Below, in pieces: positions 17,183 to 25,479 of a stretch of DNA of 42,157 nucleotides. Each line of letters starts with the position of its first letter. Position 1 is the first letter of the stretch. The DNA lies in the NCBI GenBank assembly GCA_041577935.1, contig JBFGIA010000002.1, forward strand, positions 1 to 42,157, written 5' to 3'. Under the pieces are notes generated by a model. It was given only the letters and a program-made list of their open reading frames with translations, made no database searches and had not been told where the DNA came from. The DNA comes from Gemmatimonadota bacterium (lineage in GTDB: Bacteria > Gemmatimonadota > Gemmatimonadetes > JACCXV01 > JAHWKZ01). The position numbers and the translations under genes were made by a program.

Positions 17183-18400
17183 ATGAACGAGATCGCGCTC
17201 ATCGCGGCTGCTATCCTCGGCTTCTTGGGAATCAGCTTCTTCGCGATTTGCGAGGGCGCGTTGTTCTCACTCAAGTCGAGCCAGCTGACTATAGAGGCGA
17301 CGAGCGTAGCCGAGCTCATCCGCAGTCCCGATCAGCTCCAACGCGGAACTTCGTTTGGCCGGATCGTCTTTTTTGTCTGGATGGCGGCCACAAGCTGGCT
17401 GACCGCGGACCTGTTGGTGGCGGGGCGGTTTGGAGTACTAATCGGATTCGGATCGGTGCTGGCTGTGGCGGTGATCGTGCTGGTGTTTGGCGATCGCGTG
17501 GCGCGCGCAATCGGCGCCGAGCGGCCGGAGGCATGGGCGCGAAGGACGGCTCCCGTATTGGCTGCGTGGACCAGAGCGGTCGAGCCGGCGACAGCGATTC
17601 TCGGACATTTGGACGACATGTGGCGGCGCGCAGAATCCGGGGACCCGAGCGATGATGCGCCGGATACCGACACCGCCTCGCTAGATGCACCGTCGCTTTT
17701 CTCCTTTGGCGAGACGACCGTTCGCGAGGTCATGACACCACGCCCCGACGTGGTGGCTATCGACGCGCAGTGCTCGTGTCGCGACGCGGCGGAACTGGTC
17801 AAACAGTCAGGACATTCGCGCATCCCAGTCTATCAAGATGACCTGGATACCATGGTCGGTGTCCTATACGCCAAGGAACTGGTGGTGTTTGTCCACAATT
17901 TAGCGACGGCGCCGAATACGATCGAGGAACTCCTGTGGGAGCCGACCTTCGTACCGGAGGCTAAGAGAATCGATGACTTGCTGCGGGAATTTCAACGTGA
18001 TCGTATCCACATGGCGATTGTCGTCGACGAGTACGGTGGCATGGCGGGGATCGTGACACTGGAAGACATCATCGAAGAGTTGGTTGGGGAGATACGCGAC
18101 GAGCACGATCGTGAAGAGCCGCGTGTGGAATTGATCGCCGGTGGAGCGTATCGGCTGGACGGTGGTTTCGATCTCGACGATTTCAATGAGCTGACCGGCA
18201 GTGATCTGCGAGCCGACGAAGTGGACACGGTCGGTGGGCTGGTGGCGAGCGAAATGGGGCGCATCGCCAAAGGCGGGGAGGTAATCCGCTTGGCAGATTG
18301 GCTCTTCCGAGTCGAGGCGGTCGATGGCAAGCGGATCACCAAAGTGGTCGCTCAACCGATCGAAGACGATGCATCGGCTACCGAGGGTGATGCCGCGTGA
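17183..18400 (+). CDS. CNNM/CorC-family transporter (DUF21 + CBS pair + CorC_HlyC)
   Basis: 405 aa. N-terminal TM DUF21 region, a CBS pair ([15 protein letters not shown] ... HSRIPVY) and a C-terminal CorC domain ([17 protein letters not shown]). Confidence 0.85.
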   Translation: MNEIALIAAAILGFLGISFFAICEGALFSLKSSQLTIEATSVAELIRSPDQLQRGTSFGRIVFFVWMAATSWLTADLLVAGRFGVLIGFGSVLAVAVIVLVFGDRVARAIGAERPEAWARRTAPVLAAWTRAVEPATAILGHLDDMWRRAESGDPSDDAPDTDTASLDAPSLFSFGETTVREVMTPRPDVVAIDAQCSCRDAAELVKQSGHSRIPVYQDDLDTMVGVLYAKELVVFVHNLATAPNTIEELLWEPTFVPEAKRIDDLLREFQRDRIHMAIVVDEYGGMAGIVTLEDIIEELVGEIRDEHDREEPRVELIAGGAYRLDGGFDLDDFNELTGSDLRADEVDTVGGLVASEMGRIAKGGEVIRLADWLFRVEAVDGKRITKVVAQPIEDDASATEGDAA

Positions 18401-19626
18401 TGGCGCTGCTGGGCATCGCACTGGCTGTCGCCGCGGCGACCTTCTTTGCGGCCTCGGAGAGGATGCTGCTGTCGGTTGGCCGGGTGCGACTCCAGCGATG
18501 GGTGTCGGACACCGTCCGTGGAGCGGGGTGGGCGTCGGCTCGTTTCGGCGAGTCGCCGGGCCATCTGTTGGGACCCATTCGCGCCGGCCACGCGATCGCC
18601 GCCGCAGCCGCCACGATTCTCATGTCAGCGACGATACAGCGATTCACCGGCGAATCACCGTTGGTGGTGGCGATAATCGTGACCCTGGTGCTCGGGCCGC
18701 TTTTGTTCGCAGCAGACGAGGTGGCATCGGGCGTGGTTGTGAACGGCGGCCGTGACCGAACGTCAACTTCGGCGGCCAGAGCTCTAGGGGTCGCAACGTG
18801 GGTTTTCATCCCGATCAGCTGGTTCGCCGATCGCGTTGCGTCAGTCATCCTGCGCTACGCCGGAGGAACGTCGGAAATGCAAGCTGCGCTCGATCAACGT
18901 GGCCTCGAGTTGATGCTCGTGGAGAGTGAACGTGAAGGGTTGGTTGAATCTGGTGAGCGGGAGATCATCAGTGGCGTGTTCGAGTTCGGTCGCACCCGAG
19001 TCGACGACGTCATGACCCCAGCCAATCGGGTCGTCGATGCTGGGTGGGACGCGACGATCGGTGACATAACGGCGCTGGTCCGACGAACTGGTTTTTCGCG
19101 CATTCCGATCCGTGGCCCCGACTCGGTGTCGGTACTTGGCATGGTGCACGTGTTCGATCTGTTTGGCGGCGCTCCAGACCAAAGGCCGGCGGTGCGTCCG
19201 GTGGTCCACACCAACCCCAGCACCCGTTGCGACAACTTACTGCTCGAGATGAAGCGTCGGCGTTGCCACTTGGCTGTCGTTTCTGATGACACCGAAGTGG
19301 TGGGTATGATCACGCTGGAAGATCTGGTCGAGGAATTGGTGGGTGATATTCGGGATGAGCACGACACGCAGCCCGAGCCCAATCGTAGGGCGTTTGTCGT
19401 TGACGCCCAAGTACCGATCACGGAGATTAACAGTGCGCGCGGCGTTGACCTACCGACTGATCGAGCCGAGACCGTTGCCGGATTCGTAATCGCTCGGCTT
19501 GGACGGATCCCCAGGGTGGGTGACGTGATCGTCCATCGAGGATGGACGATCGATGTACTCGACGCCACGCCCCAACGTGTACGCAAAGTGCGGTTCCGGC
19601 GGCGTACACCTTTCCCGAGTGATTAA
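18397..19626 (+). CDS. Second CNNM/CorC-family transporter paralog
   Basis: 409 aa with a GTGATG overlap onto the upstream paralog. Same architecture (VDDVMTPANRVV ... FSRIPIRG ... ITLEDLVEELVGDIRDEHD ... AGFVIARLGRIPRVGD). Confidence 0.85.
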   Translation: MMALLGIALAVAAATFFAASERMLLSVGRVRLQRWVSDTVRGAGWASARFGESPGHLLGPIRAGHAIAAAAATILMSATIQRFTGESPLVVAIIVTLVLGPLLFAADEVASGVVVNGGRDRTSTSAARALGVATWVFIPISWFADRVASVILRYAGGTSEMQAALDQRGLELMLVESEREGLVESGEREIISGVFEFGRTRVDDVMTPANRVVDAGWDATIGDITALVRRTGFSRIPIRGPDSVSVLGMVHVFDLFGGAPDQRPAVRPVVHTNPSTRCDNLLLEMKRRRCHLAVVSDDTEVVGMITLEDLVEELVGDIRDEHDTQPEPNRRAFVVDAQVPITEINSARGVDLPTDRAETVAGFVIARLGRIPRVGDVIVHRGWTIDVLDATPQRVRKVRFRRRTPFPSD

Positions 19627-19638
19627 GCGATATAGACG

Positions 19639-21000
19639 ATGAAGGAACAGGCGGAGCACATCAGAGAGCTGGTGTCGGCGGTGCGCGAGGTGGTTGCGCA
19701 GGGCGTCGAGGACGGCCACCTGGAGGCGATGATCGCGGAGCTCCGTCCGGCCGACCTGGCGGAGATCATCGACGGGCTGGACGACGACGATCGGGTGTCG
19801 TTCTTCCTGCGCGTTCCGACGTCGTTGCGAGCGGAGACCTTGACCGAGGTCGACGAGGATTCGTTGCCGGAGCTTCTCGACGCGGTCGGTGCGTCTGGCG
19901 TGAGAGCGCTGTTCGAGGAGCTCGAGCCCGACGACGCGGCCGACATCCTTGCCGAGCTCCCGCCGCAGGACGCCGACGAGATCCTCGAGCACATCGAGCC
20001 CGAGGAGTCGCGCGAGATCGCGGCGTTGATGGAGTACGACGAGGAGTCGGCCGGCGGTGTAATGACGACCGACTTCTGCAGCGTGTTGGCGCATCTCACA
20101 GCTGACGAGGCGATCGCGTCCGTCCGGCGACAGGGGCGCGAGATGCGGGATTTCTTCACCGTCTATGTGATCGACCCTAGTGGCAAATTGGTGGGGCGGC
20201 TGGCGCTGCAGGATCTGATCTTGGCCGATGGTGCCGACCCTGTCGAGACGATCATAGAGCGCGATGTCGTGCGCGTGCTTCCGGTCGTGGACCAGGAAGA
20301 AGTGGCCCGCTTGATCGCGAAGTACAACCTGGTGTCCATTCCGGTCGTGGATGAGTCCGATCAGTTGCTGGGACGGATTACGGTGGACGACGTGATCGAC
20401 ATAATCGAGGCCGAGGTAACCGAGGACATCTTCCGTCTGTCCGGTGTCGCCGAGCAGGAGGAGTCGTACGCCACACCGATGGAGATCATACGGTCGAGGA
20501 CCCCGTGGCTGTTGGTCACCCTCTGTACGTCGGGTCTGGGTGCGCTCGTCGTCGCTCACTTCGAGGGCACGATTCAGCGGATGGCGTTCATCGTGGTGTT
20601 TATGCCGGTTGTCGCCGCCATGGCCGGAAACTCGGCGGTGCAGGCGACAGCGGTCGCGGTCAGGAGACTCGCACTCGGCAGTCACACGGCGAGACCCTTA
20701 CGATCGATCGCGCGAGAACTGATCGCCGGGCTCGTGATCGGGTTCTTGATCGCCTTGATCATCGGCATCGTAGCCGGCGTGTGGCGGGGTGACGTCGCCG
20801 TCGGTGCCGTGATCGGTGGCTCGATGTGGGTTGCTATCTCGCTCGGTGTACTGTGGGGAGCTGCGTTTCCGATCCTGCTCGACAAGATGGGACTCGATCC
20901 AGCTGTGTCGTCCTCGGTATTCTTGTCGACCATGACCGATATCGTCTCGTTCCTGTTGATCCTGGGTTCCGCCTCTTTCTTTCTCACGCAACTGCTTTAG
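19639..21000 (+). CDS. mgtE: Magnesium transporter MgtE
   Basis: 453 aa. Acidic N-domain, CBS pair (GGVMTTDF ... VVDESDQLLGRITVDDVIDII) and a 5-TM MgtE channel domain (AGNSAVQATAVAVR ... STMTDIVSF). Confidence 0.9.
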   Translation: MKEQAEHIRELVSAVREVVAQGVEDGHLEAMIAELRPADLAEIIDGLDDDDRVSFFLRVPTSLRAETLTEVDEDSLPELLDAVGASGVRALFEELEPDDAADILAELPPQDADEILEHIEPEESREIAALMEYDEESAGGVMTTDFCSVLAHLTADEAIASVRRQGREMRDFFTVYVIDPSGKLVGRLALQDLILADGADPVETIIERDVVRVLPVVDQEEVARLIAKYNLVSIPVVDESDQLLGRITVDDVIDIIEAEVTEDIFRLSGVAEQEESYATPMEIIRSRTPWLLVTLCTSGLGALVVAHFEGTIQRMAFIVVFMPVVAAMAGNSAVQATAVAVRRLALGSHTARPLRSIARELIAGLVIGFLIALIIGIVAGVWRGDVAVGAVIGGSMWVAISLGVLWGAAFPILLDKMGLDPAVSSSVFLSTMTDIVSFLLILGSASFFLTQLL

Positions 21001-21012
21001 CCAACGGTTGAT

Positions 21013-21750
21013 ATGTCGCTCGTGCGCACCGAAGCCTTTGTGCTGAAGGCGATCCGGTTTGGCGACACGAGCGTGATCTACCGCCTATTCACGCGCGAGC
21101 AAGGTGTGGTGCCGGTTATGGCGCGCGGCGTGCGACGGCCAAAGAGCCGATTTGGCGGCATCATCGAACCGTTCCGCCATCTTCAGGTTACGTATTATTC
21201 GCGCGAAAACCGCGATATCCAAACGTTGTCGGGTGCCGAGTTGGTAACGACCTATCCGGCGATCGTCGAGTCGTTGGAACGACTGGAAGCTGCCGGCCGA
21301 TGGTTTCGGTTTCTGCGCGCCGTGCTGCCCGACCACGCACCTGCGGTGGCGATGTTCGATCTTGCTCCCGTAGCGCTCGAACGGTTGTGCCGCACACCAG
21401 CTACGAGGGCGTCACGGTGGGAAACCTTTCATCGGTTGGCCGCGGTCGCCCAGCTAGGTGTTACACCGGAGCTCGCGATGTGCGTGGCGTGTGGTTGCCC
21501 CGTCGCCGGCTCACAAGCGCCGTCGTTTTCGGTTGCCGACGGTGGCGTCGTGTGTCCGGCGTGTCGGCGTGACCGTACCGGGTGTCGGTCGTTGTCGTCC
21601 GCGGAGTACGCGCTCCTGAACCTCTACCATCACCCGGACTACGGGCTTCTCGAGCAGTTGGACGATACTGCAAACGGTGACGCCAAGGTGCGCGAGCTTG
21701 TGCGCGAGTTTGTCCGGTACCACGCGGATCTGAGATCTGGAGCCGCGTGA
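21013..21750 (+). CDS. recO: DNA repair protein RecO
   Basis: 245 aa. OB-fold N-terminus (TEAFVLKAIRFGDTSVIYRLFTRE) and a Cys4 zinc motif (CVACG ... CPAC). Confidence 0.85.
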   Translation: MSLVRTEAFVLKAIRFGDTSVIYRLFTREQGVVPVMARGVRRPKSRFGGIIEPFRHLQVTYYSRENRDIQTLSGAELVTTYPAIVESLERLEAAGRWFRFLRAVLPDHAPAVAMFDLAPVALERLCRTPATRASRWETFHRLAAVAQLGVTPELAMCVACGCPVAGSQAPSFSVADGGVVCPACRRDRTGCRSLSSAEYALLNLYHHPDYGLLEQLDDTANGDAKVRELVREFVRYHADLRSGAA

Positions 21751-23675
21751 TCTCTTCGGCAGCCACAGAATCTCGGTCGGTGATCGTCGGGACGGCGGGC
21801 CACATCGATCACGGTAAGACGGTGTTGGTGGAGGCGCTGACCGGTATCGCCACCGATCGCTTACCGGAAGAGAAACGTCGCGGGATCTCGATCGATTTGG
21901 GTTTTGCCCCGCTCGATCTGGGAGTCGACGCACCGGCGGCCAGCTTTGTCGACGTGCCGGGGCACGAAGCATTCATAAAGAACATGGTCGCTGGTGCGAC
22001 CGGTATCGACATCGCGCTGTTGGTGATAGCCGCGGACGAAGGCGTCATGCCGCAAACCAGGGAGCATATCGTCGTGCTCGAGGCGCTCGGTATCGAGCGC
22101 GCCGTGGTGGCGATCACAAAGTCCGATCTGGTCGATGCTGATTGGTCCGAGTTGGTGGTGGAAACGACAGCCGAAATACTCGCCGGCACCCGACTCGAAG
22201 GAGCGGAAACGGTGATCGTCTCCGCGCGCACGGGGGATGGTGTCGATCGGTTGCGCGAGGCATTGGCGCGCGTGGCGATGGACCTCTCCGACGCGCGAAC
22301 GGACAGACCCACTCGACTGCCCGTCGATCGGTCATTTCCGGTGGTTGGAGTGGGAACGGTCGCGACCGGAACGCTGTGGGCCGGTACCGTCGCTCAAGGT
22401 GACACGCTGCGCTCACTCCCGGAGGGGGGTAGTGTTCGCGTCCGGTCGATCGAGGTGCACGGTTCGTCCGTTGAGCGGGCGCGCTCGGGTCAACGCACGG
22501 CGTTAGCGCTGACCGGCAGCGGGACAGAGTCGATTCGCCGGGGGACGACGCTCGTCGAGCCGGGTGCGGGTTGGCGTGCGAACCGTCGCGCGGACGTGCG
22601 GCTCTGGCTGGTGGCGTCGGCCCCGCGTCCGGTCGAGTCTGGTGATCGGCTGCGGTTTCATCACGGGACGACCGAGGTCATGGGTCGCGTGCGCTGGTAT
22701 TCAGGTCGCCAGGTTGAGCCAGGAGAAGAGGGGTATGGGCGCGTGCGGTTCGAGAAAGCGCTCGTGATCGCCGCCGGTGATCGCCTCGTCGTGAGGGCCT
22801 ACAGCCCGGTTGAGACGATCGGTGGGGCGGAGATCGTGTTACGCACGCCACCTCGGGTGCGGGCTCGCGAGCGCGGTGAGCACGCCACGCGACTGGCCGA
22901 GATCTTTACGGCGAATCCGTCTGAGCGCGTCATGCACATCCTTGAGATGGCCGCCGGGCGAGGGGTGGTCGATAAGAGCTTGGTGCTCGACAGCGGGCTG
23001 GGGTCTGACCAGCTCCGGGCGGCGCTGGTGGCGATCCCCGAGCGCGTTGCACGCTATGGAGAGCGTTGGTTCGCCCGAAGTGCGATCGACGCCGCGGCGC
23101 AGCAGCTCCTCGACGCGGTGGGTTCGTATCATCGACGCCAACCGCTCCAACCTGGGATGGGTCTGGAGGCAGCCCGGCAGGCGGTCGGCGCCGATCCGGC
23201 GCTGGTCGAGGCGGTGATCGGCGCGCTCGTCGATGACGGCCAACTCGAGCGCCGGGGTGCGGTCGTAGCGTTGGCGGGTCACGCGATCGAGCTGGAGGAA
23301 GAGGAGGAGCGCTTGGTCGAGTCGATCCGAGACGGCTACCGAGAGGCGGGTCTCGAACCCCCCGACACGATTCAGTTCGCTGTGCAGCTCGGTGTCGACG
23401 AGCAGCGGCTGAGAGAGCTACAGCATTACCTTGAACGGCGTGGCGAGCTCGCTAAGCTAGCCAGTGACTGGTACATCGATGTGTCAGCGCTCGAGCGGGC
23501 ACGGGTCGCACTCGTTGAACGCCTCGAGGTCGACGGTGCGTTGGATACTGGAACTTGCAAGGCCATTCTGGGGGTAAGTCGGAAGTTCCTGATCCCGGTT
23601 CTCGAGTATTTCGATCGGAGTGGTGTGACGCGACGTGACGGCAACAAACGGGTGCTCGCCAAACCGGCAGCATGA
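21747..23675 (+). CDS. selB: Selenocysteine-specific translation elongation factor SelB
   Basis: 642 aa with a GTGA overlap onto recO. G-domain motifs GTAGHIDHGKT, DVPGHEAF and ITKSD. EF-Tu-like domains II/III, then a long C-terminal winged-helix region (..FLIPVLEYFDRSGVTRR..) typical of SelB. Confidence 0.85.
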   Translation: MISSAATESRSVIVGTAGHIDHGKTVLVEALTGIATDRLPEEKRRGISIDLGFAPLDLGVDAPAASFVDVPGHEAFIKNMVAGATGIDIALLVIAADEGVMPQTREHIVVLEALGIERAVVAITKSDLVDADWSELVVETTAEILAGTRLEGAETVIVSARTGDGVDRLREALARVAMDLSDARTDRPTRLPVDRSFPVVGVGTVATGTLWAGTVAQGDTLRSLPEGGSVRVRSIEVHGSSVERARSGQRTALALTGSGTESIRRGTTLVEPGAGWRANRRADVRLWLVASAPRPVESGDRLRFHHGTTEVMGRVRWYSGRQVEPGEEGYGRVRFEKALVIAAGDRLVVRAYSPVETIGGAEIVLRTPPRVRARERGEHATRLAEIFTANPSERVMHILEMAAGRGVVDKSLVLDSGLGSDQLRAALVAIPERVARYGERWFARSAIDAAAQQLLDAVGSYHRRQPLQPGMGLEAARQAVGADPALVEAVIGALVDDGQLERRGAVVALAGHAIELEEEEERLVESIRDGYREAGLEPPDTIQFAVQLGVDEQRLRELQHYLERRGELAKLASDWYIDVSALERARVALVERLEVDGALDTGTCKAILGVSRKFLIPVLEYFDRSGVTRRDGNKRVLAKPAA

Positions 23676-24247
23676 GACTCTCGGTCATTCGGTACGGCGC
23701 CGCGTTGGTGCTGGTGATCGCTTCGGCGTGCGCTGGCTCGCCGGAGCGCAGGGCGCCCGCATCTAGTGGCGACAAAAGCGATGACGCTGAGTTCGCCGCG
23801 GCTCGCGAGGCGGCCGAGCGCCAACGCGAGTTCGAGACCCAGGCCGACGCGCTCGCCGCTGGCGTCTACGAACCGTTTGTGCACCCCGACTCGGTTGGTG
23901 GGCGACCCCCAACCCCGGCGACTCGAGCGCTAACGACGCCACGTGTGGAAGGCGATCCGAGCACCGAAGAGCTGATCGGAACCCTGGAGCCGCAACCGAC
24001 GTATAATCCACCCGTTGAGAGCGGTCAGTGGACCATTCAGATAGGAGCGTTCAATAGCGAGACCGGAGCCCTCGTACGGATTCGACAACTTGAGCAGGAG
24101 TTTCCCGAACTGGCGCGGTGGTTCGTCGACGGCGACGTCTACCGTGTCTACCTGGGGCGGTTCGTCGACCGCGGGAAGGCTGAGGAGTGGCGGAATCACG
24201 TCGCCCAGCGCGGCTACCCGGATGCCTTTATCACTCACGCTCCGTAG
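23672..24247 (+). CDS. SPOR-domain lipoprotein
   Basis: 191 aa with an ATGA overlap onto selB. Lipobox (LVIASAC-AGS) and a C-terminal SPOR domain (WTIQIGAFNSETGALVRIRQL ... YRVYLGRFVDRGKAEEW). Confidence 0.8.
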   Translation: MRLSVIRYGAALVLVIASACAGSPERRAPASSGDKSDDAEFAAAREAAERQREFETQADALAAGVYEPFVHPDSVGGRPPTPATRALTTPRVEGDPSTEELIGTLEPQPTYNPPVESGQWTIQIGAFNSETGALVRIRQLEQEFPELARWFVDGDVYRVYLGRFVDRGKAEEWRNHVAQRGYPDAFITHAP

Positions 24248-24659
24248 ACTGGCTGTCCTGTTCGGGTTGGCGGTCGTTCTAGCGATCGCCCTCCCCGGAT
24301 CGCTGACCGCACAGACTGGGCTTCCCGACGACGAGTTTTACCTTGAGCAAAACTTTCCCAACCCATTCACTCCCGGCGTCAGCCCAACGATTTTCACCTA
24401 TCGATTGGATGCCGAGACCCGCGCCCGATTGGTGATCTACAATCTCCTGGCACAAGAGGTGGTCGTGCTCGTAGACCAGCGTCAGGGACTTGGCCTCCAC
24501 CGGGTCGCGTGGGACGGCACGACCAATGATGGGGAACCGGTGCCGGCGGGCGTCTACTGGTACAAGCTCGAGGCTAACGGCAAGACAGCGCTCAAACGCC
24601 TCCGCGTCCGTCAGGCGGTAGAGTCGAGCCGTGAACCCAGTCCGATAGCGGTCGGCTAA
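24222..24659 (+). CDS. Small secreted protein consisting only of a signal peptide plus a FlgD-Ig / T9SS-type C-terminal-sorting-like domain
   Basis: ATG 24222 in frame with the track ORF gives MPLSLTLRRLAVLFGLAVVLAIALPGSLTA-Q. This is followed directly by LEQNFPNPFTPG..TIFTYRL...ARLVIYNLLAQEVVVL....GLHRVAWDGT..DGEPVPAGVYWYKL. Confidence 0.7.
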   Translation: MPLSLTLRRLAVLFGLAVVLAIALPGSLTAQTGLPDDEFYLEQNFPNPFTPGVSPTIFTYRLDAETRARLVIYNLLAQEVVVLVDQRQGLGLHRVAWDGTTNDGEPVPAGVYWYKLEANGKTALKRLRVRQAVESSREPSPIAVG

Positions 24660-24666
24660 GCGCCGA

Positions 24667-24957
24667 TCAAGGAACCTGATAGATGAGTCGGCCGCAGCTC
24701 TCGCATGTCGTTGGAGTATCGCCGATCTCGGCCAACTTGGCGGTGGGATAGCGAACGAAACACCCGTAACAGACCCCATTGTGAACGGGTACGAGCGGTC
24801 GATCATACTTGGTCGCGATCTTCTCGAACCGGCGCAACACAGACGGGTCGATTTGAGACTTTAGGCTTTCGATCTCGGCATCGATCGTGGCCGCATCGTC
24901 GGTCTCAAAACCAAGCGCCTCGTACGAGTTGTCACCGATATCACGTTGGAGCTGCAT
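24667..24957 (-). CDS. Short C4 zinc-ribbon protein (COG1579-like C-terminus, lacking the usual long coiled coil)
   Basis: 96-aa track ORF containing VCYGCFVRY...TTCESCGRLIY. The reading frame stays open upstream to a CTG at 24999 that has a perfect SD (see finding), so the true start may be 24999. Confidence 0.7.
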   Translation of the reverse strand: MQLQRDIGDNSYEALGFETDDAATIDAEIESLKSQIDPSVLRRFEKIATKYDRPLVPVHNGVCYGCFVRYPTAKLAEIGDTPTTCESCGRLIYQVP

Positions 24958-25011
24958 TAGATCTTGTAACGCGATCAGTCGTTCGATGCTCGCTTCCAGT
25001 CTGAACCTCCT

Positions 25012-25464
25012 CTAAACCTCGGCATCTTTGAGCACAGCCAAGAATTCCTCGGTTGAACCGACCTCGTTGAGCCGTTCGATGTTCTGCTCGTTTTTGCAGA
25101 ACTGCGCGATCTTACCGAGCACCGGCAGGTACTGGTTCGAGATCTCGACCGGCGGGGCGACGATGAGAAACAGGTGGTGGACCGGCTTGTCGTCGATCGC
25201 GTCGAAATCGAGGCCGGCCGGCTTGCGAGCGTAAGCGACCCGGAGACGGTCGACGACGAGCGAGCGGCAGTGAGGGATGGCGACGTGTTTGCCGATTCCG
25301 GTCGAGCCCAGGTTCTCGCGCTTCTTCAAGAGCTTCACGAGCAACTGTTGGGCGTCCTCGTCAAGGCCGAACAACCCGACCATCGCTTCTAGGGCCGCTG
25401 GCTTTGTGGTGGCGGCGAGGTCAAGGGTGACCTCGGTGTCGTGAAAGAATTCAAACAATCTCAT
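25012..25464 (-). CDS. ptsN: PTS EIIA-Ntr nitrogen regulatory protein
   Basis: 150 aa with RENLGSTGIGKHVAIPHCR (phosphorylatable His motif) and HHLFLIVAP. Confidence 0.85.
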   Translation of the reverse strand: MRLFEFFHDTEVTLDLAATTKPAALEAMVGLFGLDEDAQQLLVKLLKKRENLGSTGIGKHVAIPHCRSLVVDRLRVAYARKPAGLDFDAIDDKPVHHLFLIVAPPVEISNQYLPVLGKIAQFCKNEQNIERLNEVGSTEEFLAVLKDAEV

Positions 25465-25479
25465 GCGTAACTCCTCAAA

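Noticed and set aside
24650-24668. Short hairpin (GGTCGGC-TAAGC-GCCGATC) spanning both stop codons of the convergent genes, considered as a bidirectional terminator.
   Set aside because: It has only about 7 bp including a wobble pair, and no U-tract on either strand. This is too weak to call.
24957-25464. Stop-codon read-through producing a PtsN-zinc-ribbon fusion (same frame across one TAG).
   Set aside because: There is a one-in-three chance of a shared frame. An SD overlaps the stop and is correctly spaced from a CTG. I know of no such fusion architecture.
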